NCBI GenBank assembly: GCA_000934665.2 | Contig: JYFJ02003496.1 | Location: 1 to 40,885 of the forward strand | Reading direction: 5' to 3' | DNA length: 40,885 nucleotides | Source: Catajapyx aquilonaris | Taxonomy: Eukaryota | Position numbers and translations under genes: made by a program | Part shown: positions 1 through 10,960 of the stretch, piece by piece | Layout of the letters: the number at the start of each line of letters is the position of its first letter | Numbering within the stretch: the first letter of the stretch is position 1 | The notes under the pieces: model-generated | Database searches by the model: none | Told to the model about the DNA's origin: nothing | The model's input: only the letters and a program-made list of their open reading frames with translations

Positions 1-437
1 GTCACTGACATTATTACTGAACTATTCTTGGTTTGCAATGCCAATACCTTTGGCCTGGTTTTCTACTTGTGCAATAAAATTTTCCCTGTGTATATTGTCC
101 AAATGTGAATGTGCAACATATCGTCGTCGATCTGACAAAAGGAGGAATTCAACATTTTCATAATTTTACAGGAGGCCAAAAGAAACTTGCAAACGGCTAT
201 AGAAGTACATAGGATCGTGTTTTGATTTTTCATTGTAACTCTAATGCCACTTGTCCCATGGGTTCGCCAATAATGTGACCCAACACTTGATGGTGCTGGT
301 AGACACCATAACCAGATTTTAGAGAAAATGTCAAATTCATCCTTTTGTCAGATTTAACGACGAGATCCTTCATAACATTATCATCATCTGCATTCCCAGC
401 CTCCCCCCTGCATTCACCAAATTTCCTATTTTCTCAC

Positions 438-943
438 CTTTAGAAGCTCCTGAACATCTTCAGAGTCCAATCTGAAGTCACACAGAGCATGCAGGATTTT
501 GACCTTTGACCTCAAAGGCAAAAATCGGAAATCAATGTCATCATCAAAGGGATTGTCCCTCCCTGCCTGCCTGCACTTCTCTCTGAACAGGCGCCTAAGG
601 AACATCTGGTAGTTGGAAGTGGTAACATCCTCTGCCCTACCCCTTGGTTCTACCCCTGGGCTCTCTGCTCTAAGTGCTGGGGGTGAAGGAGATAACATGC
701 CATCTTCCTTGAGACTGTCAGGTGTAGGTCCAGCTTCTGTGTTTCCAGAAGTACCGCTCTCAAGGCATCCTCGGAGAAGCCTGACCATAAGTTCTTGCAA
801 GAGGCTGCTTCCAGTGTCGTCAGCGCCATCAGTCAACAAAGCCTCTTCCAGGTCCTCAATGTCAAAGTCCAGGAGGTCAAATGATATACGAAACAAGGAG
901 CAAAAGTGGGCTATGCTGGGCACCTCCCACCAGGACTGGATAT
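438..943 (-). CDS. CECR2: Internal coding exon of a CECR2/dikar-like chromatin regulator (N-terminal DDT/WHIM1-like region); gene continues past the left edge
   Basis: Reads (D)IQSWWEVPSIAHFCSLFR...DFDIEDLEEALL...FLPLRSKVKILHALCDFRLDSEDVQELLK, matching the CECR2 N-terminus as I recall it (SWWEVPAIAHFCSLFR...LHRLCDYRLDADDV). Acceptor ttccag|AT at 943 (phase 1) and donor AAG|gtgaga at 438. Confidence 0.88.
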
Positions 944-1146
944 CTGGAATTTAGGATTTGAAATCATCATTTAGTCAGAGGAATGTGACACCAACATATG
1001 GGCTGGTGCTTGTAACTGTGATTCATTTTTAAATTTTTTTAGTGGTCACATGGAAATAACCTGGACAAATGGACTTCACATAGGAGAGTGCACAAAGATT
1101 TTGGGAATAGTGCAAAAATACAAAAAAAATCACTACTTTGGGTGTA

Positions 1147-1489
1147 CAGTAGAAGCCCAATTATCCAACAACAGATTATCTGACTCCTCCGCTTATCCAA
1201 CCGTCCCACTCCAGTAATAAATACGTTTTCTCATCAAATACTGCAATGTACTATGTATTTTGTTTTGTACTGCTTAAATTAAATTGTAAATGCAGTACAG
1301 TAGAATGTGTATGTAAAAAATTAATGTTTCACTATTTCTTACAATATCATAATATTGTACATTATTCCATGTTTACGTATACCTTGTTGTGTTTAATTAA
1401 AGTTTTCCTTGCTCCTCGGATTAGCTGACCTTTTTTGCGTTCCAACCATGCTCCAGTCCCGTGGGTGACGGATAATTGGGGTTCTACTG
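1147..1489. mobile_element. pogo/Tigger-type MITE (family P1)
   Basis: TIRs CAGTAGAAGCCCAATTATCC / GGATAATTGGGGTTCTACTG with TA on both sides. Confidence 0.85.
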
Positions 1490-1590
1490 TATTTCATAGA
1501 ATACACACACACAAGAATCAGCAATTACTACCTTTAAAAACTTGCTCAGGATACACTCAAATATCATGATTAAATTGTAGTTAGGTTTAA

Positions 1591-2085
1591 CCCTTTGAGG
1601 GCCGCGTGCCTCATATGAGGTCCTGCGGGTTTTTGCAGGAACTGGGCGCACTTGAGTTTAGACAGAAATGGCGCAGTTTGAGGCTCGTGGAAGGGGGCTC
1701 AACTACCATGGCATATACTAATCAATTTTTCTGCCTCCCAGCGTGAGCTAAACATAACCCCTCCCACGGCGTCAGAACAGGGTGTCCCGTAAGTCTGGAC
1801 TCTTAGGAATTTCTCATAGTACAGTGTTTTAGTATCATTATGTAACCATAGTAACAATTTTATAGTAACGTAAAAATTTAAATTAATTTCATTGCATTTA
1901 AAGTTAATTGCACTTTATTTTTTTCTGGACCACCCAGTAGATAAATTTTTTCGGCATTTTACATTCAAAAGGACCACCATGAGTTAAGAAGATAAATATA
2001 GGAGCACATTGTTTTTCATTAATATCACTCCTACTACAAATTTTCATAAAGAAACGGCTATAATTTTAAAAAATGCGCTAAGGGG
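1591..2085. mobile_element. piggyBac-like non-autonomous remnant
   Basis: TTAA|CCCTTT at the left and AAGGGG|TTAG at the right; the TIR match beyond the terminal bases is poor. Confidence 0.4.
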
Positions 2086-2099
2086 TTAGATACTCAAAT

Positions 2100-2356
2100 T
2101 TTAACACCACAGCCTTCACCTCTGAGGTTTTCATTCCATCCCTGGGTCAACAAGATTTCAATGGGTTCTCTTTGTATTCATGTGAGTTCTCTTATATTTT
2201 TCTTGTTCCTTCCCACAATCAAAATCAATTAACAGAGGAATGAATGCATATTGTCCTATTCTAATTCTGCAAGAAGTGAACTGTGTGGCTGGTGGACAAC
2301 CTATTTGCGACCAAAATCCATCATTGTCGAACATGTTTCTGGGATGACCACAAAGT

Positions 2357-2418
<62 letters not shown>
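2100..2418 (+). mobile_element. Old degenerate copy of SINE family S1 ending in a (TAA)n tract
   Basis: cagccttcacctct...tttcaatgggttctct...ttcccacaatcaaaatc aligns by eye with 4222-4400; (TAA)n at about 2362-2418. Confidence 0.55.
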
Positions 2419-2419
<1 letters not shown>

Positions 2420-2722
2420 TAGCAGGTTACCCGGCGTTGCCCGGGTAAGTTATGGTGGTAGGCCTACAATGTAATGAGGGCATTACCATGGAAATCTATG
2501 AATATTGTTAAATAGGTAATTGCAATTGGTTAATTGGGAATATGCGTGTTATGGGTGTTAGGTACATTTTCGGAAGCTGAAACATGCGGCATTAAATTCC
2601 TTGAAAAATGTAACTCCCGATATGCTAATTTAAGACGGTGTAGGGGCCTTCCCCCGGATTTCTATAAGGGACAAACAAACTGACAAATTGACAAACTTCC
2701 TTATTTATAGAGATAGAGAAGA
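2419..2722 (-). mobile_element. Non-autonomous Helitron inserted in a (TAA)n microsatellite
   Basis: The minus strand starts A|TC (at 2722, or alternatively 2730) and ends with the hairpin CCCGGGCAACGCCGGG followed by CTAG|T. No TSD. Confidence 0.8.
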
Positions 2723-2729
2723 TAAAGAG

Positions 2730-2730
<1 letters not shown>

Positions 2731-2810
<80 letters not shown>

Positions 2811-2811
2811 T
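2731..2811. repeat. (TAA)n microsatellite
   Basis: Direct reading; explains the poly-Ile ORF 2688..2897. Confidence 0.95.
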
Positions 2812-2926
2812 TGGATAGTGCGGACCTCTTTGAAGGTAGAGTAGAACCCCGATTATCCGACTCCTCGGTTTATCCGACCATCCCGCTCCAGCAATAAATT
2901 AATGTTTTCTCATCAAATGTAGTAAT

Positions 2927-3170
2927 CAGGGTCCCCTACATGGTTGCCTCCCCCACCCTAACCAGGGTATTGTCTTCACGTAGTCCTTATGCAATCTAGC
3001 TCCAATATGGCCGCCCCATGCTGCAGGATAGGGAATTGGCAAGCGATTCGTCTTTGTTTTTTTCAATTGTTTTTTTTTCACTGCATGTAGCTCCTATGTG
3101 AATTAGCTCCAATATGGCGGAGAGACAATACCCTGTCTAGGTGGGGGAGGCACTCATGTAGGTGACCCTG
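2927..3170. mobile_element. hAT-type MITE
   Basis: TIRs CAGGGTCCCCTACA / TGTAGGTGACCCTG; perfect 8-bp TSD GTAGTAAT (2919-2926 and 3171-3178). Confidence 0.88.
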
Positions 3171-3964
3171 GTAGTAATGAAGGCCTTCTAAGCATTTGTT
3201 TTGTATTGCCTTAGCTAAATTTTAAACAGTAGAGTGTGTATGTAAAAGATAAATACTTCACTATTTCTTAGAAAACCATGATATTGTACATAATTTCATG
3301 CTTGTATGGTTTTTGTTGAGTTTCATTTTAGTTTCCTTTGCTCTTCGGATGATCTAACCTTTTCTGTTATCCGACCATGCCCCGGTCTTGTGGATGATGG
3401 ATAATTTGGGTTCTACTCAGGGCCGTATTACCGAAAGGGCTGAACGGGGCACGTGCCCAGGGCCCAACGAAATTAGGGGCCCTGCAGGGGCCCAATATAC
3501 TGTATACATCGATACACAGAGCCGGCGCGTACGGGTTGCTGGGCCTCTTCAACGTGGGCGTTGGGGGTAGGGGTGGGGTGGGGGGGAAGCTGCTACTTTT
3601 ACAATTGAACGTATGGGGGCCCCGCACTGTTTTAGCAGTCATAAACTTATAATTTCTTAGGTAATTGGTAATAAATATCGAAAACACGCATCAATTTCAT
3701 AACAATCGAAGTTTGTGCAGTCTTTTCCTGGGCCAACTCTATTCGCATCCCTCTTTTTACATATCCAATCAGAATATTGGTGTCGACTATACGCTATAAG
3801 ACAACAGGTAATCTATCACAGATAGTGACAAACTTTGGCTTATTGTAACTTATAAGGCCTATTTTAAGACATATCGAGTTTCGAGTGTATGGAAGGGAAA
3901 TTTTTACAAACAAACACGCTTCCCAAAATACTGTAAATGTACCCCTACCTTTACCAGCACCCCA

Positions 3965-3996
3965 ACATACTCAGGCAACGCCGGGTAACATGCTAG
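3965..3996 (+). mobile_element. Helitron 3' terminus (same family as 2419-2722); 5' end not located
   Basis: GGCAACGCCGGGTAACATGCTAG|T. Confidence 0.65.
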
Positions 3997-4221
3997 TTAC
4001 CAATAATAATAGCCGGCTAAGCCCCCTGTATAAAATTTTTAGCCCTCCCTACAAAAATTCTCACGCAATGAAAAATTATTCAAGATACTGGGGAAAAGTA
4101 ATATTTTTCGAGTTACGTTAAAGCTATGTCAATAAAGAACATGAATTATGACCATCAATACCGTTCGTTAACCATAACGTCTCTTATCTGGTGAGAGCTC
4201 CTTTCAAACTAAATATTTGAA

Positions 4222-4478
4222 GGGTGACACGGTGGCCGAGTGGTTAGCGCCGCAGCCTTCCACCTCTAAGGTCCCGAGTTCGATCCCCAGGTCGGATGGA
4301 GGATACTTATGTGGATAGAGTTTCGATGGGTTCTCTCCGTGTTCGCGTGGGTTTTCTCGGGGTTCTCCCGTTTCCTCCCACTATCAAAATCCATCACATT
4401 ACAGGCAAATGATTAAAATCGGTTATTCAAAAGATGATCCCCTAAGAGGCCCAAGGGGCCTATCACGGGGTATCCATA
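4222..4478 (+). mobile_element. Full-length tRNA-derived SINE, family S1 (V-domain-like central region)
   Basis: A box TGGCCGAGTGG and B box GAGTTCGATCC; central GTTCTCTCCGTGTTCGCGTGGGTTTTCTC...TTTCCTCCCAC; 16-bp TSD AAACTA(A/C)ATATTTGAA at 4206-4221 and 4479-4494. Confidence 0.85.
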
Positions 4479-4961
4479 AAACTACATATTTGAAAGAAAT
4501 TTGACTTCATTAACCTCTGAATAGCTCATTTTTATGGTGGTTGTACATTGGCACTGCTAGAAATATGAAGGGACCAACCTTTCTACAGTACTTGCTTGTA
4601 TCTGATGCGTTTACAGTATAGGAGGATTCTACTGAAGCCTACTTTGTCAGTTACATTCACCTAAACTTGTGACCTTCAATTAAAAACAAAATTTCGCCTG
4701 CGGTGGGCCTGCTTCGCCTTTTCCATATAGCTACATGTTTCACATGCCTTTTGTGCGGTTCTCAAACTTCCTTACAATAGGCTCTAGGGGGAGGGAAGGG
4801 GCAGGGGGCTTTGCCCCCCCCCCCCCCCCNCCTCCCTAGACATCCAAGCAATAGTTACGCCACTGGTTGGAAGACAGCATCGTAGGGGCCCACATAGGCC
4901 TTAATATGGCCCTGGTTCTACTGTATACATGGACCTTTATTTAAATGCAAACATACAATAT

Positions 4962-5228
4962 CCTTGTTCCGCTGCAAAGTCCTGGTCCACGGGCATGGGG
5001 GGAGGGGTCCCAAGGGAGGGCTCTGTAGTTTAAAGTCATTTCAGACAGTCTGTACACCAGACCTTTTCTCCTGGCCCTGGGCAGAGAGGGGAGTGCAAGT
5101 CTGCCTGGACACGTCGAGTGAAAAGCAGAAAAGACGCGACCAAGTAGAGGTGATGGGATGGGATTTGAACCCCAGACCTCCCGCTTGGTTGGCCAGTAGC
5201 ATAGCCACTAGACCAACATGCCCCCTAC
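4962..5228 (-). mobile_element. tRNA-derived SINE-like element
   Basis: Minus-strand head GGGGGCATGTTGGTCTAGTGG...GGGTTCAAATCCC (A and B boxes); 3' boundary approximate. Confidence 0.5.
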
Positions 5229-5458
5229 GATGACCACAAAGTTCAACAATGGTTCTTGGTTTCAAGTAGGCTTGCTGCTGGTCGGGCTCAGAGGGGAACA
5301 CAATTAATATAGCTCCATATGACAGTGAACCTGCACCTTCCTTCCCACCATCCTTCCTCGCTTGTGGGTCCTGATATTACATGAAGAGTACCAAACAACA
5401 ACATGTTAATGAATGTCAGTGCCATGGACAGCCTGCTGTGTTGTTTTTATTTTTATTA

Positions 5459-5639
5459 CAGTAGACTCCGAATATACTGTAACAGACTTCAAGGGACCCC
5501 GGAAATCATAATGCTATAATCAAGGTCTGTTATAGCCAAATACACAGGCCATATATGGAAGTATGGCGGCACCAGTCTTTCGAGTCTACTATAACCAAGA
5601 GTCTGTTATAGCCAAGGCTGTTATACATGGAGTCAACTG
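5459..5639. mobile_element. pogo-type MITE
   Basis: TA|CAGTAGACTCC ... GGAGTCAACTG|TG with internal TCTGTTATAGCCAA repeats. Confidence 0.65.
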
Positions 5640-6118
5640 TGTTGTTGTTGTTGAGACCGTAATAATGTATTACGTATGATCCTAATAGGAGAGGAAGTGT
5701 ATTGTATCATCCAAGGGGGTAACAACTCCCCAAAAAAGTGTACACCAGATCCCGGAACCGGGTGGTGGCTCCAGAGGGACCCTGTACACCGGTTCCACAA
5801 AGTGGTTACCCCCTCGATATCATCGTCAGGTATACAGGTAATGAACTTTCAGCAAACTTATTTGCTTTTAGCATCTCTACATAAATCCGCAAAAATTAAT
5901 TTAATGAAAACAGAATGGCAGTGCATAACATGGACATGGGTGAAGGAGGGACTCCTGTAAACTACAAATCAGTGTCAGGATCTTTTTGGATAGGGCCTAC
6001 AGAGTCGTCCTTCAAGTCCACCATGTTGGTAGGGGATAACGTGGATGTCAGCATGACTGACTGGTAGGTGACAGTATCAGTGAGGTTTCAGCCTAGTGTA
6101 AAACCATGTTTAAGACAA

Positions 6119-6120
<2 letters not shown>

Positions 6121-6149
<29 letters not shown>

Positions 6150-6580
6150 CCATCACGACATTTCCCTGTAAGGGGTAGTCAGTGATGACGGGATCCACAA
6201 GCTAACCCAAAATAACTAAATTAAAACTTGTAAAAATAAACCTATAAACAACCCATCCCGTCCCCCACCCCAGCCCATCTCAGACGACACACTCTCAATA
6301 TTAAATTTAAATATTACACTATGCAACGCAATACTTTGAGAAAGCAAGTGTCCCCCACCCCCCTGGAAGAGGAATCAGCAACTGTTAAATTCCTCCAAGT
6401 GACTAGAATATTCTCCTCCAAACGACCAGAATGTTTAAGACATAATAAGACTAAATGATTGGTATATAATGGTACATACAGAGTACATAGGGAGCGAAAA
6501 TGCTGGAATTCCTGTATGTTAGCGAAATATGTTCTTGATGCAATATATTTGAAATTGCACATTAAAAAGCGAAATAGATA
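6121..6580 (-). mobile_element. Possible decayed LINE 3' end with a (GAT)n tail
   Basis: The (CAT)n tract at 6121-6156 is certain. The minus-strand translation SLCTLYVPLYTNHLVLLC resembles the C-terminal CCHC knuckle of I-group LINE ORF2, but only weakly. Confidence 0.3.
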
Positions 6581-6585
6581 TTATG

Positions 6586-7630
6586 CAGGTTGGTTGAAAA
6601 AAAATGCCACAATTCTAAAACCCTATAACTCCGAAAGTTGTAGACATATCTTAATGATTTAAGTCAGGCCCCAGTCACTCGTATACCTAGTATATGGCTC
6701 CCCCTGTGAGCTTAGCTCTTCTCCCCCACCAAGGTGGATTACCAAGGCGGTGCTGATGTCTCGGATCCTAAGATAGGTGGCGCCTTACCTAGTGGCCAAT
6801 TCCGAACCATTTTGCATCAATTCACGGATCGCCATAGCGTCAACACCCTGGCAGTGATGATGCAAAATTGTTCGGAATTGCCAGCTAGGTAAGGCGCCAC
6901 CTACCTTAGGATCCGAGACTGCAGTGCCGCGGTGGCAATCCCCCTTGGTGGGGCAGAAGAACTAAGCTCGCACAAAAAGAGGGGGAGTGATTGAGGTCTG
7001 ATTTAAGTTTTGCAATACTCAGAAAGGTCTAAAGTTTTGGTCTTAGCATAGTTTGTTTCAATATGAGCTCCATTTGTTGCTTGGAAAATGTAAATATGGT
7101 AATTGGTGTCGTGCCTAACACGCTCAGACATGTCTGGAGTCACCACTGTGATCCTATCCCATAGGTGCTAGAGATGACGGATCTTTTTACCATAAATGTA
7201 CCTCCACAATAATGTCCACCAGTGTAAGATCTGTGCTTCTTGGGGGGGCTAGGCATTGGGAAACTTCTCCTTCAAAAACTCGCACACTGGGAGGATGAAC
7301 TTCCTACAGGGGGTTTGTTTCATGGATGAGCCAACTATTTATGTGCATCACCAAGAACAATGTGTGTGGAGTAAAGATCCAGGATATCCAGCACCTACGG
7401 GATAGAATCACAAAGGTAGCTCCAGATATGATTGAGCAGATTTGGCACGAGACCGAATAGTCCTTTTCATCTGCAGAGTAACAAATGAAGCTCATATCGA
7501 AACAAACTAGAAGTGAGGTCCAAAACTTGAGATATTTCTAGGCATTACAAAACATAAATCATTAAGATATGTCTACATGTTTTTGAGTTATAGGGTTTTA
7601 GAATCGGGGCATTCTTTTTTGACTACCCTG
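6586..7630 (-). mobile_element. Tc1/mariner-derived non-autonomous element with long TIRs and a decayed transposase C-terminal fragment
   Basis: The left end (AATGCCACAATTCTAAAACCCTATAACTC...GTAGACATATCTTAATGA) is inverted at 7560-7630 and ends ACCCTG|TA. The minus strand near 7200-7255 gives PPRSTDLT.VD, a decayed WPPRSPDL motif. Confidence 0.75.
6665..7000. mobile_element. hAT-type foldback MITE inserted in the left TIR of the 6586-7630 element
   Basis: 8-bp TSD ATTTAAGT (6657-6664 and 7001-7008); TIRs CAGGCCCCAGTCACTC / GAGTGATTGAGGTCTG; internal palindrome of about 6706-6973. Confidence 0.82.
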
Positions 7631-9521
7631 TATTTGGAGACTGGGCAGATCAGTGTTGCATAACTTAAAGTCCTGGGGTGAGATTACTGCAAGCATTACA
7701 TGAGATAGGGGAGTAACTAGGCAAAGGCTATATTACAGAGTTCTCGGACAACCTCAAAGCCTTTGGCATACATAAGGTATCAGATTATACATACGTGAAA
7801 TAATTTATGTTCATGGTACCGGTACAGTTAATTTCCATTTCGTGTATTACTGAATGTGGGAATACATTTTGTAGCTGTAACTTCCTAGTGTTTCCTCTTA
7901 TACTGTGTGTGTATATATAATTATATATATCCCAATAATCATATTACTGCAGTTAATTTCATCTTGATATCATTCGGTCACATCATTCTGTGAATATTAC
8001 ATGGATTCTCTCAGTGAGATTCCATGCAACACATAATTTTGGTAGGCTCAATTTTGAGAGAAGCTTCCTAATAATATTGTCAGTGTAACTATGATTTGCA
8101 AGTGTGGCCTATGTGATTTTAGGTAATTTGCTGCCACATTTTATGAAGTTGAATGTGTGAGAGCCATTGGTACCCAGTAGTTTAAAAACTATTAATGATT
8201 CAACCAGATAAGGGTACTGACATCACAATGGTCAACAATGTCTGTAAACAATGCAATAACAATGGAAGGCCAATGATGTCAGTACCATTCTCTGATCAAA
8301 TCAATAATGAATGAGGTATTACAAGTCTTATTTGAACATGTGCAGTGAGCTACCCTCAAACTTTCGGCAAAGAATTTGTAAAGGCTCATATTGACAGTCA
8401 TTGTCCAGTACAACTCTGCCACATCACTGTGGAAAGTGTCACAGTACTCTAAATTTCTGTTCACTTTCAGCCTTGTATATTTAAATCAATGAAGATTACA
8501 AAATAATGTTTCATGTGCAACAATATGAACAATCATATAATTTCATTATAACTCTAATAACATGTGCATAATACTGCCACATGGATCCATTATGGTAATG
8601 AACTGTACCAGTAATTTCATTAAATAACAATTGCATTAAGCATATGTCCAAAAATCAAAACCACAAGGCTCCACGTGTAACAAATCAACTGTACTTACAT
8701 TGCCATCTAGCCTACATAACAATATGGGAATTAAGCATATTAATTTGTGCCATACAACACCATAACAATAATCCATGTAAGTCACTGCACACTGTTATTT
8801 TAAAAGGTGTAACAGCCCTACTATTCACTTCAGAAATTATGTAACATGTAATGACAAGAGCAGTGAAACTTTTAAAAAATAATTCACCGAGTTTACAGGC
8901 TCACCTCTTGAACGTATATCATTTTAAAGCACTGTACTCTAATAACACAGTTGTTTTAATAAGAGACAACTATGACATGCACATGGGATTAACGTGTGCC
9001 ACATCACTGCACTGATTACAGTGCTAATTAACCTATATGTCACCTGTCCCCGATTAAAAACAGTACAACTAGCAACAACATCAGGCGTATTACCGTCCAT
9101 TTGGTGTGCCAATGGTCCTACCCGGGCCCGCCCGCCCTTCCTTCTCGTGTTTCCGTACAAACGTCTCCACACAACACAACCGCACCCCCAATAACAGGTT
9201 ACCACAGTCTGGCCGCACGGAAACAGGCAAAGTGCTGGGCGCAGTCACTCAGTCTCCCGCAACGCCCGTCCCAGAAACCCAAGCAAGCGGGCAGACAAGC
9301 AAGCAAAGCCAGCCAGCTAGCCAGCCAGCCAGCGAACGACCCCCAACCCGCACCCACCCCAACCGATCGACTCCACTCCTCTCAGAGTAACCCCCGACCA
9401 GTCCGGCAGTCCCTCGCCTCCGAATAAAACACACGCCCCCCCTGCTCGTATAGCCCCCTTCCCTGCCACACATGTCTCCACCCACACAACCACTTTACCC
9501 CCTGCCGTACATCCGGGCAAC

Positions 9522-9537
9522 CTGCATTTACCGCCAT
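9522..9537 (-). CDS. Candidate first coding exon of the CECR2-like gene (MAVNA + G)
   Basis: aaATGGCGGTAAATGCAG|gttgcc lies in the GC-rich promoter zone. The phase-1 donor fits the phase-1 acceptor at 943 and gives MAVNADIQSWWEVP. The donor is weak, so this is tentative. Confidence 0.3.
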
Positions 9538-9810
9538 TTATATGAAGCCAATTTGAAGGCGGACATCTTGGAGCTCTTAACTATAATAGCCGCGTTTTAT
9601 ATTAGTTATTAGAGTAGCCTACCTGCTGTTTTGGATTAACAGCTATGCTACTACTTTTGCGCCATCTGCGCAGTAGTGATGAACTATGAACTACTAGCCT
9701 GGCCTGACACCTGTCGGGAAGATTGCGGCACCTTTTCAGTCATTTTTTGGTGACAGGAGCAGAGCAGCAGACGGGCGGAGGTTCTTGAAAGATTTGACGG
9801 GTAGCGAAAT
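9538..9810. promoter_or_regulatory. Putative bidirectional promoter between the CECR2-like gene and lin-7
   Basis: CpG-containing, transposon-free island (about 9050-9850) between divergent ATGGCG starts at 9537 (-) and 9811 (+). Inferred from gene orientation. Confidence 0.45.
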
Positions 9811-9847
9811 ATGGCGACGGCTGTGGAGCCTCTAACACTTGCTCGAG
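9811..9847 (+). CDS. lin7: lin-7/veli exon 1 (start of L27 domain)
   Basis: MATAVEPLTLAR followed by G|gtatgt donor; typical LIN7 N-terminus (EPLxLxRD). Confidence 0.93.
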
Positions 9848-9912
9848 GTATGTGGTGATCTAGTTCTGGTCGGTTGTAAAAGGGGGTGACTCATGGGTTG
9901 TTGTGTTTTCAG

Positions 9913-9995
9913 ATGTGAAGAGAGCAGTGGAGCTGTTGGAGAAACTGCAGAAGAGTGGGGAGGTGCCTGCCACGAAGCTTGCTGCATTGCAAAAG
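9913..9995 (+). CDS. lin7: lin-7/veli exon 2 (L27 domain)
   Basis: ttttcag|AT then [27 protein letters not shown]|gtgacg; phases are consistent with exons 1 and 3. Confidence 0.93.
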
Positions 9996-10345
9996 GTGAC
10001 GCACCCTTTTAGTTGTCGACGTGTACTGCATGATGTGTGATTGTTCTTTTCGATGAAATGGGAAGGTAGTTTGCATAAGTGGGGGTCATAAATTATGTGT
10101 TTTATTAAGATTATACTGAGACACTTATTTTTTTCTGCGTAAATTACAAAGGGGAAAACTACTCCGAATATAAAGCAGGGGCTGCATAGCTTGGTAAATA
10201 TAATTTTGGGGCGAAGAGCTGTGGAAATGTGACACTTAAGGACAGAACTTGTATTTGGGTCGGTTACATTCCGTACTGGCTGAGCGATGATGAGAGATCA
10301 AGTATAGTTATGCTTTATTGAGTGATACTATAATATCTGACAGTA

Positions 10346-10505
10346 CAGTGTTGGTCATATATTGAGGCAACTGCCAGCGACATTTTCCGAAGCGGCAGAA
10401 GAAGGAATCTTGCTCGCCCATGCTTGAAGTATCCTTATCTTCGATTCCTCCTTCTGCCGCTTCGGAAAATGTCGCTGCGGTTGCCTCGATATATGACCAA
10501 CACTG
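10346..10505. mobile_element. Near-perfect palindromic TA-flanked MITE in lin-7 intron 2
   Basis: CAGTGTTGGTCATATATTGAGGCAAC...CGACATTTTCCGAAGCGGCAGAAG is inverted at the right end; TA on both sides. Confidence 0.82.
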
Positions 10506-10572
10506 TACTGGACATTCTACAGTGCGTGTTCCAAGTATCTGGTTCCTTTTAATTTCTATGACAATTTCAATA

Positions 10573-10750
10573 GGGCCCACACGGTGGTGTAGTGATTAAC
10601 GCGACAGCCTTCCACCTCTAAGGTCCCGAGTTCGATCCCCAGGTCGGACGGAGGACGCTTATGTGGAAGAGTTTCAATGGATTCTCGCCATGTTTGCGTG
10701 GGTTTTCTTGTGGTTCTCTTGTTTCCTCCCACTACCAAAAACCCATCACA
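10573..10750 (+). mobile_element. 3'-truncated S1 SINE copy
   Basis: CAGCCTTCCACCTCTAAGGTCCCGAGTTCGATCCCCAGGTCGGA is identical to the 4222 copy. Confidence 0.82.
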
Positions 10751-10798
10751 CGAATGTCAGATAGCCTTAGTTGCTTTGACACAACCAACAAACCAACC

Positions 10799-10960
10799 AT
10801 CACAATTTCCCCAATGTTATTTTTGTGTAGCTTGTTGCACCTTGATCGAGGTGCCCAATTATTTCTAGGTATGGTTGAATAATAGCAGCTGCTCAATAAT
10901 TGGGCACCTGGATCGGTATGCAACAAGTTACACAAAAACAACTTGGGGCGAAATTTGTGA
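10799..10960. repeat. Imperfect inverted repeat (foldback MITE-like)
   Basis: TTTTTGTGTAGCTTGTTGCA...GGTGCCCAATTATT pairs with AATAATTGGGCACC...TGCAACAAGTTACACAAAAA. Confidence 0.7.

Larger units (their letters stand above)
3418..4914. mobile_element. Non-autonomous hAT-type element carrying nested insertions
   Basis: TIRs CAGGGCCGTATTA / TAATATGGCCCTG; perfect 8-bp TSD GTTCTACT (3410-3417 and 4915-4922). Confidence 0.88.
2839..4923. mobile_element. Second P1 pogo-type MITE, split by two hAT-type insertions
   Basis: Segments 2839-2926, 3179-3417 and 4915-4923 are colinear with 1147-1489. Confidence 0.8.

Noticed and set aside
613..954. Plus-strand 113-aa ORF, and similar antisense ORFs at 15451, 26559, 27165 and 38974
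   Set aside because: These are antisense shadows of real coding exons.
2688..2897. Poly-isoleucine ORF
   Set aside because: It is the translation of the (TAA)n microsatellite.
4815..4835. N inside a poly-C run (also at 30015)
   Set aside because: Assembly ambiguity in homopolymers, not a biological feature.
6658..7007. Apparent unusual 6-bp TSD (TTTAAG)
   Set aside because: Shifting the boundaries by one base gives CAG...CTG termini and a standard 8-bp hAT-type TSD, ATTTAAGT.
8905..8938. Strong minus-strand donor AAGAG|GTGAGC as CECR2 coding exon 1
   Set aside because: The ATG-bearing frame ends in phase 0 while the 943 acceptor needs phase 1, and the phase-1 frame contains a stop. It could still be a non-coding or alternative exon.
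8939..9520. Cluster of overlapping ORFs on both strands
   Set aside because: GC-rich, low-complexity (AGCC)n-type promoter-proximal sequence with few stops and no recognisable domains.
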